A stretch of DNA of 64,000 bases from contig OY760505.1 of assembly GCA_963663545.1 (NCBI GenBank), positions 480,001-544,000 on the forward strand, read 5' to 3'. The position numbers were made by a program, and so were the translations under genes. Below the pieces are notes generated by a model. That model was not told the DNA's origin. It saw only the letters and a list, made by a program, of their open reading frames with translations, and did not search any database. This DNA is from Candidatus Delongbacteria bacterium (GTDB taxonomy: Bacteria > CAIWAD01). Of this stretch, positions 19,185-30,252 are shown in pieces. The first letter of the stretch is position 1, and every line of letters starts with the position of its first letter.

Positions 19185-20810
19185 TCAGGCCAACTGCCTT
19201 CGCAGCATGAAATCCAGCAATAGCATGCGCAGGAAGGTGACAGCGAAAAAGCCCATCAGTACCGCGGCGATCCAGTCGACGCCCATCACGAAACCCGCAA
19301 AGAGGCAGACGCCCACCATGGCGAAGGGGGTGAGGATATCAACCAGCTTCTTGCCCCCCGCCAGCGGCTGCCAGCGCTCCGGTCCCGTGTACATCTCTTC
19401 GGAATCGGCGGTGGCCAGTGTCTCACGCCGGTCGGGAAGCTTGTGTGACGCAACAAAGCTCAGCAGGTAGGCGACGGATCCCGCCAGAATGAGCATGCTG
19501 ATGCTAAGGTTGTCACCCGGAACTCCCGGCACGCCGAAAAGGCCCTCCTGAAGACTTGCGATCCAGCCGTAATTCAAACCGTGCTCGTAAAGCCAGGCGC
19601 CACTGCTGTAGCTGAAGGAATAGGCCAGGTTGCTGATGGACATGAAGCCCGCAAACAGACTGCCAGCAGCAGCGACCGGAATCACAGCGCCCACCAGACT
19701 GAAGGTACTCATGCGAATGATGCTGATGGCAACGGCCAGCAGCATGTTGTAGGACGCCATGAAGCCCAGGCGAACCGTATCGAGCTCGAGGAAGGGCAGC
19801 ATTTTTGCCAGGCCGTTCGTGATACGCGTGAACCAGGGATCCACCAGCGCGTACTGGCTCAGGTTGATCAGCACGCTGATCAGGATGAAAATCTTGAAGA
19901 GGTTGCGCAGACCGAAGCGATCCTGCCAGCGAATTCCTACGCCGGCAAACAGCAGCACGCCTACGAAAAAGCCAATGTAGCTGGCGCCATCGGAGAGACC
20001 GATCTGCGTCTGCGTAAAGTGCAGATCTTCGATCATGTAGTTCGTCCAGAGCGCGCCCATGGCCGGTTGGAAGTGGAACACGAAGTAGAAGAGCATCACC
20101 CAGAGAATCGGCCCCGTGTGCAGACCATGCCAGAAGCCCAGCACCGATTGCTTGATGGGAATCGGCACCGCTTTGTCCTTGGGCAGACGTAACACAAAGA
20201 GCAGCACCAGAATGGGCACGATGGCCAAGACCGGTAGCAGGTTTTTGACTTCCATGTTGTCGGCGATCCAGCCACCGGAGACCGCCGCGAGGATGCTGGT
20301 GCCGTAGATGGCCGCCCAGCAGATGGCCTGATTCAGGCCGACGGTGGTTGACTTGCTGCGACCGGTTTCCTGCGCTTCTTCTTCGCCGGAGATCACCGTG
20401 GCACGGTCGACGGCTACATCGGTGGCGGCCAGAATGATGCTCAGGGTGAACATCATGCCGAAGAAGACCATGGCGCTTGTATCGACAAAGGGCGTCAGAA
20501 AGTAGAAGACCAGAGCCATGGAGAGCAGCGCCGTCAGCGCGACCTTGGTTTTGCCGTAGGCGTCCATGAAGAAGCCCAGGATGGGCTTGAAACTCCAGGC
20601 CAGGTAGGACTTGCTGAAGAAGGCCTGGGTCTGTGCCTCCGTCAGGCCGTAATCAACGCGGAAGTGCTTGAAGAAGGGCTGGTAGGTGACTCCCTGAAAA
20701 GGGTTCGAGAGGCCCTGTAACACGTACTCGAGGCCAAAGACCCACTTCAGTGCACGGCGTCCGCGCAATTCCTCTTCACGACTGATCTGAACGTCCTGTT
20801 CCTGGCTCAT
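19185..20810 (-). CDS. MFS transporter, BT1/folate-biopterin-like
   Basis: ATG 20810 with AGGAGG RBS. AWSFKPILGFFMD and ATDVAVD motifs, many TM helices. Confidence 0.8.
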   Translation of the reverse strand: MSQEQDVQISREEELRGRRALKWVFGLEYVLQGLSNPFQGVTYQPFFKHFRVDYGLTEAQTQAFFSKSYLAWSFKPILGFFMDAYGKTKVALTALLSMALVFYFLTPFVDTSAMVFFGMMFTLSIILAATDVAVDRATVISGEEEAQETGRSKSTTVGLNQAICWAAIYGTSILAAVSGGWIADNMEVKNLLPVLAIVPILVLLFVLRLPKDKAVPIPIKQSVLGFWHGLHTGPILWVMLFYFVFHFQPAMGALWTNYMIEDLHFTQTQIGLSDGASYIGFFVGVLLFAGVGIRWQDRFGLRNLFKIFILISVLINLSQYALVDPWFTRITNGLAKMLPFLELDTVRLGFMASYNMLLAVAISIIRMSTFSLVGAVIPVAAAGSLFAGFMSISNLAYSFSYSSGAWLYEHGLNYGWIASLQEGLFGVPGVPGDNLSISMLILAGSVAYLLSFVASHKLPDRRETLATADSEEMYTGPERWQPLAGGKKLVDILTPFAMVGVCLFAGFVMGVDWIAAVLMGFFAVTFLRMLLLDFMLRRQLA

Positions 20811-20911
20811 GCATCCTCCTATTTGGAAGGCGCAAAAATGGGAAAGGCGCGCCGTACTCCAAAGGTCGGTCGCGCCTTGAAATGTCGCATTCACTGCATT
20901 ACGCGGTTGTA

Positions 20912-22729
20912 TTACGCGCTTTCGGGCTTGGCGCTCTTGCGCATGGCGCGGCGGCGGTCCAACTCGTCCAGCAGGTTCTTGCGCAGTCGCAGGAAATTGG
21001 GGGTCACCTCAAGGTACTCGTCGGCGGCCAGGAACTCCAGGTTCTCCTCCAGGCTGAAGATCACCGGTGGCGCGATGCGCAGGCTGCGATCCGAACCGGA
21101 GGCGCGCATGTTGGTCAGCTTCTTCGACTTGAGCACGTTGACCACCAGATCGTTGTCGCGCGTGTACTCGCCGATCACCTGGCCCATGTAGACCTGGTCT
21201 CCGGGTTTCACGAAGAAGCGACCGCGATCCTGCAGGCCGTCCAGCGCGTAACCCACGGCTTCGCCCGTGGCCATGGCGATGATCGAACCGGACAGGCGTC
21301 CGGGGATGCTGCCCTTGAAGTACTCGTACTGATGGAAACGGTGATACAATACGATCTCGCCGCCGGTGGCCTTGAGCATGCGGCTGCGGAAGCCGATCAG
21401 GCCGCGACTGGGCATGTAGAATTCCATGCGCGTTCGCGAGTCGCCTTGCTCCATGTTGATCATCTCTCCGCGACGCTGGGCCACGGTTTCAATGACCACA
21501 CCGGCGTGTTCGCTGGCCACGTCGACGCTCAAAATCTCGACGGGTTCGGCCTTGCGTCCGTTGATCTCCTTGTAGATCACGCGCGGCTGCCCCACCATGA
21601 ACTCGTAGCCTTCGCGACGCATGGTTTCCATCAGAATGGAGAGATGCAGAATGCCACGTCCCGAGACCTTGAAGGTATCGGCACTGCTGGTTTCCTCGAC
21701 GCGCAGGGCAATGTCGCGCTCTGTCTCACGGAAGAGGCGCTCACGCACTTGTCGGCTGGTGACGTAGCGGCCATCCTTACCGTAGAAGGGACTGTCGTTG
21801 ATCATGAAATACATGGAGAGCGTGGGCTCGTCCATGGCGATCAGCGGCAGTGGTTCGGCGTGTTCCACGTCGGCAATTGTATCACCAATGTCGACACCCT
21901 CAAGCCCGATGATGGCGCAGATCTCGCCGCAGCCGACCTTCTCGATCTCGCAGCGGCCCAGGTTATCAAAGTAGAAGAGCTTGCGCACCTGCTGTTCCTG
22001 TCGGCTGCCATCTCGTTTCAGTACAGAGATGCGCTGTCCCTGCGCCAGCTCGCCGCGGAAAACACGGCCAATGGCAATGCGGCCCACGTACTCGCTGTAA
22101 TCCAGGGCGGTAACCAGCATCTGCAGCGGTCCGGCGTTGAAGCGCGGGGCGGGAATGTGCTCCACAATGGCATCCAGTAGCGGCGCCAGATCAACGCGCT
22201 CGTCGTCGATTTCACGCGCTGCCCAGCCAGCTCGCGCTGAGCTGTAGATCACCGGAAACTCAAGTTGCGCATCGTCGGCACCCAGCTCCATGAAGAGCTC
22301 AAAGACCTCGTCGTGCACCTCCTCCGGTCGCGCGTTTTCGCGATCCATTTTGTTGATCACGACAATGGGCTTCAGGTGTAGCTGCAGCGCCTTCTGTAAC
22401 ACAAAACGCGTCTGCGGCATGGGACCTTCAAATGCGTCGACGAGCAACAGCACGCCGTCGGCCATCTTCAGCACACGCTCCACTTCACCACCGAAATCGG
22501 CGTGCCCGGGAGTATCAATGATGTTGATGCGTGTGTCACCCCAGACCACGGCCAGGTTCTTCGAAGTAATGGTGATACCGCGCTCGCGTTCCAGATCGTT
22601 GCTGTCCATGAAGCGCTCGCGCACTTCCTGTCCTTCGCGGAACACCTTGCAGCTACCGAGGATCTTGTCGACGAGAGTGGTTTTGCCGTGGTCGACGTGG
22701 GCAATGATGGCGACGTTGCGGAGATTCAT
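20912..22729 (-). CDS. typA: Translational GTPase TypA/BipA
   Basis: [49 protein letters not shown] and EVTP..LRLRK. Confidence 0.98.
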   Translation of the reverse strand: MNLRNVAIIAHVDHGKTTLVDKILGSCKVFREGQEVRERFMDSNDLERERGITITSKNLAVVWGDTRINIIDTPGHADFGGEVERVLKMADGVLLLVDAFEGPMPQTRFVLQKALQLHLKPIVVINKMDRENARPEEVHDEVFELFMELGADDAQLEFPVIYSSARAGWAAREIDDERVDLAPLLDAIVEHIPAPRFNAGPLQMLVTALDYSEYVGRIAIGRVFRGELAQGQRISVLKRDGSRQEQQVRKLFYFDNLGRCEIEKVGCGEICAIIGLEGVDIGDTIADVEHAEPLPLIAMDEPTLSMYFMINDSPFYGKDGRYVTSRQVRERLFRETERDIALRVEETSSADTFKVSGRGILHLSILMETMRREGYEFMVGQPRVIYKEINGRKAEPVEILSVDVASEHAGVVIETVAQRRGEMINMEQGDSRTRMEFYMPSRGLIGFRSRMLKATGGEIVLYHRFHQYEYFKGSIPGRLSGSIIAMATGEAVGYALDGLQDRGRFFVKPGDQVYMGQVIGEYTRDNDLVVNVLKSKKLTNMRASGSDRSLRIAPPVIFSLEENLEFLAADEYLEVTPNFLRLRKNLLDELDRRRAMRKSAKPESA

Positions 22730-22909
22730 CGGGACTTTCCTTGAGAAAAAAGCGAGGAAGGTAGGAAATGCAAAGCTGACTGACACGGTTTGCCGCAAAA
22801 CAGTTTTGGCGGACTCCGCCGGTCCACTAACCAAGGATTGTGTATGGCTGGAATGCGGCCATGCGCTGCAGTAGCGTTCGCCTGTTGATACCGATAGCGA
22901 TTAGGGAGG

Positions 22910-23725
22910 CTACTTCAGGACCAACTCCACCGGGCAATGGTCGCTGCCGGTGATTTGGTCGAGGATGTCGGCCTTCTGCAAACGCGGCTCCAGATCGCGC
23001 GAGGCAAAGAAATAGTCCAGGCGCCAGCCGACGTTCTTGGCGCGCGCGCCACCGCGATTGGACCACCAGGAATAGCGATCAGCTGCATCAGGGTGAAGAT
23101 GACGAAAGCTGTCGATCATGCCCGTGGTGTGTGTGCCGGATAGAAAGCGATCGATCCAGGCGCACTCTTCCGGCAAAAAGCCGCTGTTCTTGCGGTTGGC
23201 CGCGGGGCGCGCAAGGTCGATCTCGCGATGGCTGGTGTTCAGGTCGCCGCAGACGACGACGCTCTCGCCACGTGTGACAAGGTCCTCCACCAAACGTTGG
23301 AAGGCCTCGTAGAAGTTCATCTTGTAGTGCAGCCGCTCTTCACCGGAAGTGCCGTTGGGAAAGTAGATATTGAACAGCAGAAAGCTGCTCTTGCCAAGGG
23401 CATGGCGACTCACGGTGACACGGCCTTCGTTATCCCACTCAGCCAGGGCAGCGTCCAAGGCGGCAAAACCGCTGTGAATCTCCATGGGCGGCGTGAGACA
23501 AAGCGTGGCCGTTCCGCTGTAGCCGGGACGCTCTGCGGGGTTTAGATGGAAGCTGTAGCCCAGCTCCGCCAACTCCTCCAGAAAGCCCTTGGGCAGCTGC
23601 TCTTCGCGCACACGGGTTTCCTGCAGGCAAAGCACATCGGGCCTCTCGGCTTTCAGCTTCACCATGAAATCCTTGCCCAAAACGGAGCGCAGTCCGTTCA
23701 CATTCCACGAAAGCAGGCGTATCAC
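22910..23725 (-). CDS. xth: Exodeoxyribonuclease III (AP endonuclease)
   Basis: SWNVNGLR, LCLQET, YFPNG, GDLN, GWRLDY and GSDHCPV motifs. GTG start at 23725, right after the argS stop. Confidence 0.96.
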   Translation of the reverse strand: MIRLLSWNVNGLRSVLGKDFMVKLKAERPDVLCLQETRVREEQLPKGFLEELAELGYSFHLNPAERPGYSGTATLCLTPPMEIHSGFAALDAALAEWDNEGRVTVSRHALGKSSFLLFNIYFPNGTSGEERLHYKMNFYEAFQRLVEDLVTRGESVVVCGDLNTSHREIDLARPAANRKNSGFLPEECAWIDRFLSGTHTTGMIDSFRHLHPDAADRYSWWSNRGGARAKNVGWRLDYFFASRDLEPRLQKADILDQITGSDHCPVELVLK

Positions 23726-23726
23726 A

Positions 23727-25544
23727 TCAAATCCTTTCCGGTGTGGGAATGCCCATGATGTCCAGGCCCTGGCGAATGGCGGTGCCGACAGCGTCCACCA
23801 GCGCAATACGCTGCTGCGCCAACTCGGGGTCGTCCACGCGATCAAAGACGCTGTGGGCGTTGAAGAAGCGCGAGAAAGCGCGCGCCAGCTCGTAGGTGCG
23901 GGTAGCCACACGCGAAGGGTTGAACTGCGCCGCCGCCTGCTGTACTTCCAGTGGCCAGAAGGCCAGCTGCTTCAGCAACTCCACTTCCTCTTCGTTGCCC
24001 AGCTTGTCGAATTGTGTCACAGCGGCAGCATCTACTCCGCTCTTGCGAATCAGACTGCGAATACGCGCCTGGGCGTACTGCAGATAGGGGCCGGTATTTC
24101 CCTGCAGGTCGATGGACTCCTTGGGATCGTAGAGCATGTCCAGCTTGGGATTCACCTTGAGCACGAAGTACTTCAGCGCGCCCAGCGCCAAGGCGTGGAC
24201 CACTTCTTCCTGCTCTTCCACAGGCATATCCAGACGACGTTCGCCCTGCTGCATCACCTCGCGACAGGCATCCTTCAGCTCCTGCAGCAGATCGTCGGCA
24301 TCCACTACGCGGCCCTCGCGACTCTTCATCTTGCCGGTGGTCAAGTTGACCATGCCGTAGCTGAAGTGCAGCAGCCGGTCAGCCCAGTCGTAGCCCAGCT
24401 TTTGTAACACGTGAAAGAGCACGCGAAAGTGGTGTTCCTGCTCGTTGCCGACGACGTAGATCATGCGCTGAAAGTCCAGCTCGCGCTGACGTGCTACAGC
24501 GGTGCCGATGTCCTGCGTCATGTAGAGACTGGTACCGTCGCTGCGCAACAACACCTTGGGTTGCAGCTTGAGTTCTTCCAGAGAGCAAACCACAGCGCCC
24601 GTGTCATTGCGCTCAAGCGAACCCTTATCCAGGCCTGCTTCAATGATATCCCGGCCCAGCAAGTAGGTGTTGCTTTCGTAATACACGCGATCGAAGTGCA
24701 CGCCAAGTTCGCTGTAGGTCTGCTCAAAACCATCGAACACCCAACTATTCATCCTTTCCCAGAGCTGGCGTACGGCTGTATCACCGGCCTCCCAGTCACG
24801 CAGCATTTGCCGCACGGCCGACAGCAACTCGCTCTTCTCGCCAAACTCCTGCTCCAGCGCATCCTGCTCGTCGCGCGGGAGAACTTTCGGGTCCACACCC
24901 TTGGCCGTGTACCAAGCGTCCTGTTCGGCTTTCAGCTTTTGGGCAAAGAGCACGTAAAAACGGCCCACCAGGTGGTCGCCCTTCTCGCCGGAGCTTTCGG
25001 GTGTAACGCCCTCGCCCCAGCGCTGCCAGGCCAACATGCTGCGGCAGATGTGCACACCACGATCGTTGATCAGATTCACGCGTGTTACATCGTGCCCCGC
25101 CACCGACAGTAGATTGGCCAGGCCCTCGCCCAGGATGTTGTTGCGCACATGGCCCAGGTGCTGGGGCTTGTTGGTGTTGGGACAAGAATACTCCACCACC
25201 ACACGCTCGCGCTCGGCGTCCGGCAGCTGCGGCAGCCCCTCGCGCTGAGCGAGGATCACATCGCTGAACCAGCGGGTCACATCCACCTTGAGGTTGAGGT
25301 AGGGGCCAGCGGCGTTCACCTCTGTCAGTGGCGCTTTGCCTTCGAGCCGCGCAGCCAGCTCCTGGGCGATCTGCTGGGGCGCGCGTCGGCAGGCTTTGGC
25401 CAGCGGAAAACAAGCAAAGGCCAGATGTCCCATGGCAGCGTCGGGCGGCAGTTCGACAGAAAGGCTGCGCGGGTCCAACTCAACATTAAAAGCGTCCTGG
25501 ACACTGTTGCTGATCAGTTTGAGTACTTGTGATACAAGGCTCAT
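23727..25544 (-). CDS. argS: Arginine--tRNA ligase
   Basis: VEYSCPNTNKPQHLGHVRN (HIGH), NDRG, KMKSREG and GNTGPYLQYA. ATG 25544. Confidence 0.98.
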   Translation of the reverse strand: MSLVSQVLKLISNSVQDAFNVELDPRSLSVELPPDAAMGHLAFACFPLAKACRRAPQQIAQELAARLEGKAPLTEVNAAGPYLNLKVDVTRWFSDVILAQREGLPQLPDAERERVVVEYSCPNTNKPQHLGHVRNNILGEGLANLLSVAGHDVTRVNLINDRGVHICRSMLAWQRWGEGVTPESSGEKGDHLVGRFYVLFAQKLKAEQDAWYTAKGVDPKVLPRDEQDALEQEFGEKSELLSAVRQMLRDWEAGDTAVRQLWERMNSWVFDGFEQTYSELGVHFDRVYYESNTYLLGRDIIEAGLDKGSLERNDTGAVVCSLEELKLQPKVLLRSDGTSLYMTQDIGTAVARQRELDFQRMIYVVGNEQEHHFRVLFHVLQKLGYDWADRLLHFSYGMVNLTTGKMKSREGRVVDADDLLQELKDACREVMQQGERRLDMPVEEQEEVVHALALGALKYFVLKVNPKLDMLYDPKESIDLQGNTGPYLQYAQARIRSLIRKSGVDAAAVTQFDKLGNEEEVELLKQLAFWPLEVQQAAAQFNPSRVATRTYELARAFSRFFNAHSVFDRVDDPELAQQRIALVDAVGTAIRQGLDIMGIPTPERI

Positions 25545-25582
25545 GGTCTTCCTTTCGGTGCGTGATACAGATCGCACTCGGT

Positions 25583-26038
25583 TCAACTCCAGTCAGATAG
25601 CTGGCGCAGGCCCTCGTAGGCCACAATCGCCACGCTGTTGGCCAGGTTCAAGCTGCGCGTACCACCAGGCATGGGAATGGTTAGCGTCTGGTCGTGATAC
25701 ACTTTCAGCAGATCCTCCGGCAAGCCAGCGGATTCGCGTCCAAAAACCAGCCAGTCTTCGCGCTGAAACACGTGGGTCGTGTAGGAACGTGTTCCCTTGG
25801 TCGAGAAGAAGCGAAAACGGTCCTCGCCGTATCGTTCCAGCAGTAGATCCAGGCTAGGTACTACGGTGAACAGGGTGCGCTCCCAGTAGTCCAGACCGGC
25901 CCGCTTCAAGCGCGCGTCGTCCAGACTGTAGCCCAGAGGTTCCACCAACCACAGGCGCGAACCTGTACAGGCACAAAGGCGAATGATGTTTCCGCTGTTC
26001 TGGGGGATTTCCGGCTCCACCAGCACGATATTGAACAT
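25583..26038 (-). CDS. trmL: tRNA (cytidine/uridine34-2'-O)-methyltransferase (SPOUT)
   Basis: PEIPQNSGNIIR, KRAGLDYW, FGRESAGLP and RSLNLANS. Confidence 0.96.
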   Translation of the reverse strand: MFNIVLVEPEIPQNSGNIIRLCACTGSRLWLVEPLGYSLDDARLKRAGLDYWERTLFTVVPSLDLLLERYGEDRFRFFSTKGTRSYTTHVFQREDWLVFGRESAGLPEDLLKVYHDQTLTIPMPGGTRSLNLANSVAIVAYEGLRQLSDWS

Positions 26039-26250
26039 GGCGTCCTCAAAAAGCATTGAATATCGGGCAGCCAGCCTGCAGGCGCAAGTTTGGCGTGAGT
26101 ATTGCTGCCGTAGCGGTTTGGAATGCAGGAGTCGACATTGCCTGACGCCGCAACAGATTGCCGTCCGGCCTGCACGAGCATTGCCCCTGCGAAGCTTTTT
26201 CCTTACTTCTGAACCAGAGGCGCGAAAGTGCGCGCTTCGAGGAGGTGATC

Positions 26251-27444
26251 ATGTACCGCTATCTGCTCGTTCTTCTGTTGCTACCCGTCATGCTTCTGGC
26301 CAGTGTACGCGGCAAGCCTGCACGCGTGGATCTGCACACGAGCGAAAACAGCCTGTCGCCGGGCCAGAGCTTTCGCGTACTGCTTGATCCCAGCGCCGAT
26401 GGTTTTGTCTACGTCTACAGCCTGGACGGTCGCGGCTACGTAAGCCTACTCTACCCTACCCTACCCGAGGATGGGCGCGGCGAAGTGCAGGCTGGCCAAC
26501 TTGTCGTCCTTGATCCGGTCTATGCCGGCCAGGAAAGCGGCAAGGAAACCCTTGTGGCTGTGCACACCCTGGAGTATCGCCCCATTCGCAGTTCACGGCA
26601 CGAGTTCCTGGCGCCCGATCCCGGCGACCTGCAAGATGTCAACGCGCGCCTGACCCGTGTGGACAAGGAACTGGACGTCTACAGCACCTGGCAGATCGAG
26701 ATCATCGGCCCGCCTGCCGCGGAAGAACAGGTGGGCATTGTGATTCACGATCATGTCTACGATTACTGGTGTCCCTATTGCGGTTGCTGGCACCCGCGCT
26801 GTACGCACAACCATTGCTATTGCGGATGGGAAGTGGTCGGCTACTATCACAGCCACTACCATTACGGCCACTGTTTCCTGTGGGGACATCCGCACTACGG
26901 GTGGCACCCACCGCTGTTCTACAGCTACGCGCCCGGCGGCAGTGACTGGGATTACGACACCAGCATTCCCCGTGAAGAATCGCCGGAAGTCTGGGAACGC
27001 TACCATGGCTTCAGCGAGCAGTGGCGCACGGCGGATCGTGAAGAAATCGATCCCGCGAGCTGGATTGATCCCCCCAAACGCGAAGGACCGCCACATCCCG
27101 ATGAAGCGGACATTCGCTCAGCCATTTCGCGTGTCACATGGAACGGCCCTTTGCCCGATGGTGTGTCACAGTGGAACACTGATCGCGGCTATGAGCCTTC
27201 GCCCCTCAACGCCGTCCAGCCTAGACCGGTGGAAGAGCGCAGCACACGCAGCCGGCAGGTTCAAGTAGCTCCGCGTGTTACAACACAGCCCGCAGCTCCG
27301 GCTGTGGCTGCACCGGATCAGAAGCTGCCCCAGGTCACACCAGCGCCTCCGAAGGCGGAAGAAGCTCCCAAGACGAAGCCGAAAGCGCCGACGAGCCGGA
27401 GCAAACGCACGCGGACTACGGGCAGCGACGACAAGAAGAAATAG
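26251..27444 (+). CDS. Exported DUF4384-like protein with His/Cys-rich and Pro/Lys-rich regions
   Basis: GGAGG RBS before ATG 26251, signal peptide, DGFVYVYSLDGRGYVSLLYP (DUF4384-like). Confidence 0.75.
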   Translation: MYRYLLVLLLLPVMLLASVRGKPARVDLHTSENSLSPGQSFRVLLDPSADGFVYVYSLDGRGYVSLLYPTLPEDGRGEVQAGQLVVLDPVYAGQESGKETLVAVHTLEYRPIRSSRHEFLAPDPGDLQDVNARLTRVDKELDVYSTWQIEIIGPPAAEEQVGIVIHDHVYDYWCPYCGCWHPRCTHNHCYCGWEVVGYYHSHYHYGHCFLWGHPHYGWHPPLFYSYAPGGSDWDYDTSIPREESPEVWERYHGFSEQWRTADREEIDPASWIDPPKREGPPHPDEADIRSAISRVTWNGPLPDGVSQWNTDRGYEPSPLNAVQPRPVEERSTRSRQVQVAPRVTTQPAAPAVAAPDQKLPQVTPAPPKAEEAPKTKPKAPTSRSKRTRTTGSDDKKK

Positions 27445-27465
27445 TCGCCTTGGCCAGCCTATCAC

Positions 27466-27491
27466 AAGCCCCGCGCACAGCGGGGCTTTTC
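27466..27491 (+). terminator. Rho-independent terminator
   Basis: AAGCCCCGC-gcaca-GCGGGGCTTTT. Confidence 0.8.
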
Positions 27492-27646
27492 GTTTGTCTA
27501 CAGACAGACGGTAGATCGATGGAAGCTGCGGCTAGCTTTCCCCTGGTTGAAGAGCGGGAACTCGTATCACGAGCACTCAGCAGGAGTGAAGGGAGCGAAC
27601 CACAGGCTCCATGCACACCCTCATGTATCACAAGCCTGCTTGCGAT

Positions 27647-27682
27647 GAAAAGAAACACCCCCTATCCGGAGACAGGGGGTGT
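27647..27682 (-). terminator. Rho-independent terminator
   Basis: ACACCCCCT...AGGGGGTGT stem followed by TTCTTTT on the minus strand. Confidence 0.7.
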
Positions 27683-27706
27683 ATCACATTCAAATGGCGT
27701 CAGGTC

Positions 27707-30049
27707 TTACTTGACCAGCACCAGCTTCTGAGACAGCGTGTGATGCTCACCCTGCAGACGGGCGAAATACACACCACTGGCCAGCGCGCTGGCGTCAAAG
27801 ACGGCTTCCATCTCACCACCCGTGGCAGAGCCCTCAAAGAGGGTGACCACTTCCTGACCCTGCAGGTTGAAGACCTTCAGGCTGACCTGCTCACCAGCGG
27901 CGGCAGCGTAGCGCAGTGTGGTCGTCGGGTTGAAGGGGTTCGGGAAAGCGGGGCTCAGCGAGAAGAGCTCGGGCTGGGCCACAGGCTGCTCGACACTGTC
28001 GAACCACTCGACGTTGGCGAACATCTGCAGCTCACGGGCCTGGATGCCTTCAGAGAAGCTCAAGTCATAGTCGCCCATGGCGTAGTGACCACCGTTCCAG
28101 ATCATCGGTCCGCCCAGCGGGAAAGGATATCCATCGGGCAACACGACCTCAACCCAGAAGTCACCGGCGATTTCCACGGCGGGCTCAACGGGCAACTCAA
28201 GCAGCACGGCTTGGCCACCGAACTGGTTCAGCGTGAAGCTGTCGTTCACCAGCACTTCACCGGGGGTACCTTCGTTGTCAGCATAGACCTTCAGGGTGAT
28301 GGGCACACCGGCGGTATCCTCATCGGGATCATAGAGGCCGACCACAACCGAGTTCAGTATAACGTTGGTCATGTTCAGTTCGCTCTCGCTGGCAACGAAC
28401 ATGACGGGATTGTCTTCCCAGTAATTGGCGGACTCGCCGTAGCAATAGCTCAGCACGTAGTCACCGGGCGCAAGCACTTCAATGGGGCTGACGTACATGG
28501 TGTCGTTTTCGGGAATGCTGTCCTCGGGATTGTCACAAGCAGCCTTCAGCTCGTGATCGGTGCCAGCAGCTGCGGGCGTCCACCTGGCCGTGGTGCCAGC
28601 TGTGGTCAGACTGGGTAGATCCACGCGGTCAGCGGGCCCCACCAGCTCGCTGTCGGCAAACAGCCAGCTCAGCACCTGCTCGTGATCGTTGGAGCCCATG
28701 TTGCCGATCTGCAGGAAAACCTCGGTCTCGAAACCTTCGGTACGCGGAAAGGCGGGAATCACTTGCAGCATAGCCAAGTCATTGGCCGCTACATCACTGG
28801 CAATAACTTCAAAATCGTCAATGAAGAGGCCTTCGCCAATGCCACCGTCATCGTCGTAATCGGTCTCAACACGGATGCGGATCTGGACATCCATGCCCGA
28901 ATACGCATTCAGGGACATGGCAATATTGCCGTTATACGGCGTCTGGGGTAGGTAGTGCTCCCAGGTCGTATATCCTGGACGTCCAGCATCGCGATAGTCA
29001 TAGAACATCGCGTCCCAGGTCAAACCGCCATCATCCGTAAGATCCACGCGATAGAGGTCTTCCACGTAGGTGTCATCGTTGCCGTCCGCATCCAGCATGT
29101 GGTTGTAGATCCAGAACTGGAACCAGCAATCCATGTCCTCGGGAATGCTGATGACCGGGGTCACCAGTGCGTCGGCCATACCATAAGCGGCAATGGGGCA
29201 ATGGGCAGAAGTGTTGGGGCTGTGAGAGTCTTCGGTAGTAAGCTCCCAAAAATCGCCAGCGCTGCCACCGGAAGCCTGAGTGAAGTCTTCGGGGATAGCG
29301 GTTCCATCGGCATCGTTGTCGAGCAGAGTGTCGGCACCATCGGTAATCAGCACATCGTCAATGATCATGCCCCAGATGTTGGCGTTGTTGCTGGTGTCAT
29401 AGGAACCATCCGCGCAGAAAGCCCAACGCACGACGATGTCGTGACCGACATAGCTGCTCAGATCAACACTCGCATCCACAAAGCTGGGGATGGTGCCGGC
29501 CCAGGCGGGAATGCCCGTGCCCATACCAAACTCGTTGCCAAAGGCGAAGGAGGAAGAGTAGCCGTAAGCGGGAGAGACGTTCTCGAGAACGACAAAGTCA
29601 CCGCCGTCCACGCTGATCCACATGTTGCAGGAATCCCAGCAATCGTAGCCGGTGGGCTCGTCGCCGGGGGCTTCGGTCGCGTAGCGCAGCTTGAAAGTCA
29701 ACGTTGGGCTGCTCAATGCGGACATGTCCATGCTCGGCGTATCCAGATACTGCAAAGTATGGCTGGCATATCCGTGCAAAGCCTCAACGCCCGACCACCA
29801 GGAATTGCCTTCGTAGGAATGGAAAGTACTGGAGTGCCAGGTGGGATCCACTGCGGCCACATCGACGGTGGTCCAGTCACCCAACCCGCTCTCGAAATCC
29901 TCAGAGAAAATCACGGTCTCCAGGCGGGAACCGTCGTTCGACGGCTGTCCGTTCATCCTGAAGGTCTTGTAGTGGTCGGCCTGCGGGGCTGCTGCCATGG
30001 CAGATCCGACAACAACACTAGCGATGCACAACGTGAGGGTTGCTCTCAT
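27707..30049 (-). CDS. Secreted protein with MAM/immune-inhibitor-like beta domains, CARDB-like domain and T9SS/FlgD-type C-terminal sorting domain
   Basis: ATG 30049 with GGAGG RBS, signal peptide, IFSEDFESG, GMIIDDV/GLFIDDF repeats, C-terminal FPNPFNPTTTLRY...LASGVYFARL...QKLVLVK. Confidence 0.85.
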   Translation of the reverse strand: MRATLTLCIASVVVGSAMAAAPQADHYKTFRMNGQPSNDGSRLETVIFSEDFESGLGDWTTVDVAAVDPTWHSSTFHSYEGNSWWSGVEALHGYASHTLQYLDTPSMDMSALSSPTLTFKLRYATEAPGDEPTGYDCWDSCNMWISVDGGDFVVLENVSPAYGYSSSFAFGNEFGMGTGIPAWAGTIPSFVDASVDLSSYVGHDIVVRWAFCADGSYDTSNNANIWGMIIDDVLITDGADTLLDNDADGTAIPEDFTQASGGSAGDFWELTTEDSHSPNTSAHCPIAAYGMADALVTPVISIPEDMDCWFQFWIYNHMLDADGNDDTYVEDLYRVDLTDDGGLTWDAMFYDYRDAGRPGYTTWEHYLPQTPYNGNIAMSLNAYSGMDVQIRIRVETDYDDDGGIGEGLFIDDFEVIASDVAANDLAMLQVIPAFPRTEGFETEVFLQIGNMGSNDHEQVLSWLFADSELVGPADRVDLPSLTTAGTTARWTPAAAGTDHELKAACDNPEDSIPENDTMYVSPIEVLAPGDYVLSYCYGESANYWEDNPVMFVASESELNMTNVILNSVVVGLYDPDEDTAGVPITLKVYADNEGTPGEVLVNDSFTLNQFGGQAVLLELPVEPAVEIAGDFWVEVVLPDGYPFPLGGPMIWNGGHYAMGDYDLSFSEGIQARELQMFANVEWFDSVEQPVAQPELFSLSPAFPNPFNPTTTLRYAAAAGEQVSLKVFNLQGQEVVTLFEGSATGGEMEAVFDASALASGVYFARLQGEHHTLSQKLVLVK

Positions 30050-30252
30050 GTTGCCTCCTGCGGTTAAGATATGTTGTCCCGTTTGTTCACGATTCGAGTG
30101 GGGGGGGCTGTCTTGTACCCTTTGTAACACGGTTGATAATAGTGAACGGCAAGCCACAGCGCAATACTAAGCCTCTGTTAGAACAAGAAGGAAGCGTTGC
30201 TGGCAGCTTGCGCCCAAGTCTTTACCTTGTAGCCAGCAAACCAGAGGTGAAC

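Noticed and set aside
20882..22180. 432-aa plus-strand ORF, and similar shadow ORFs at 9278, 15485, 27611 and 28955
   Set aside because: Each lies antisense to a well-supported gene, which is typical of GC-rich DNA.
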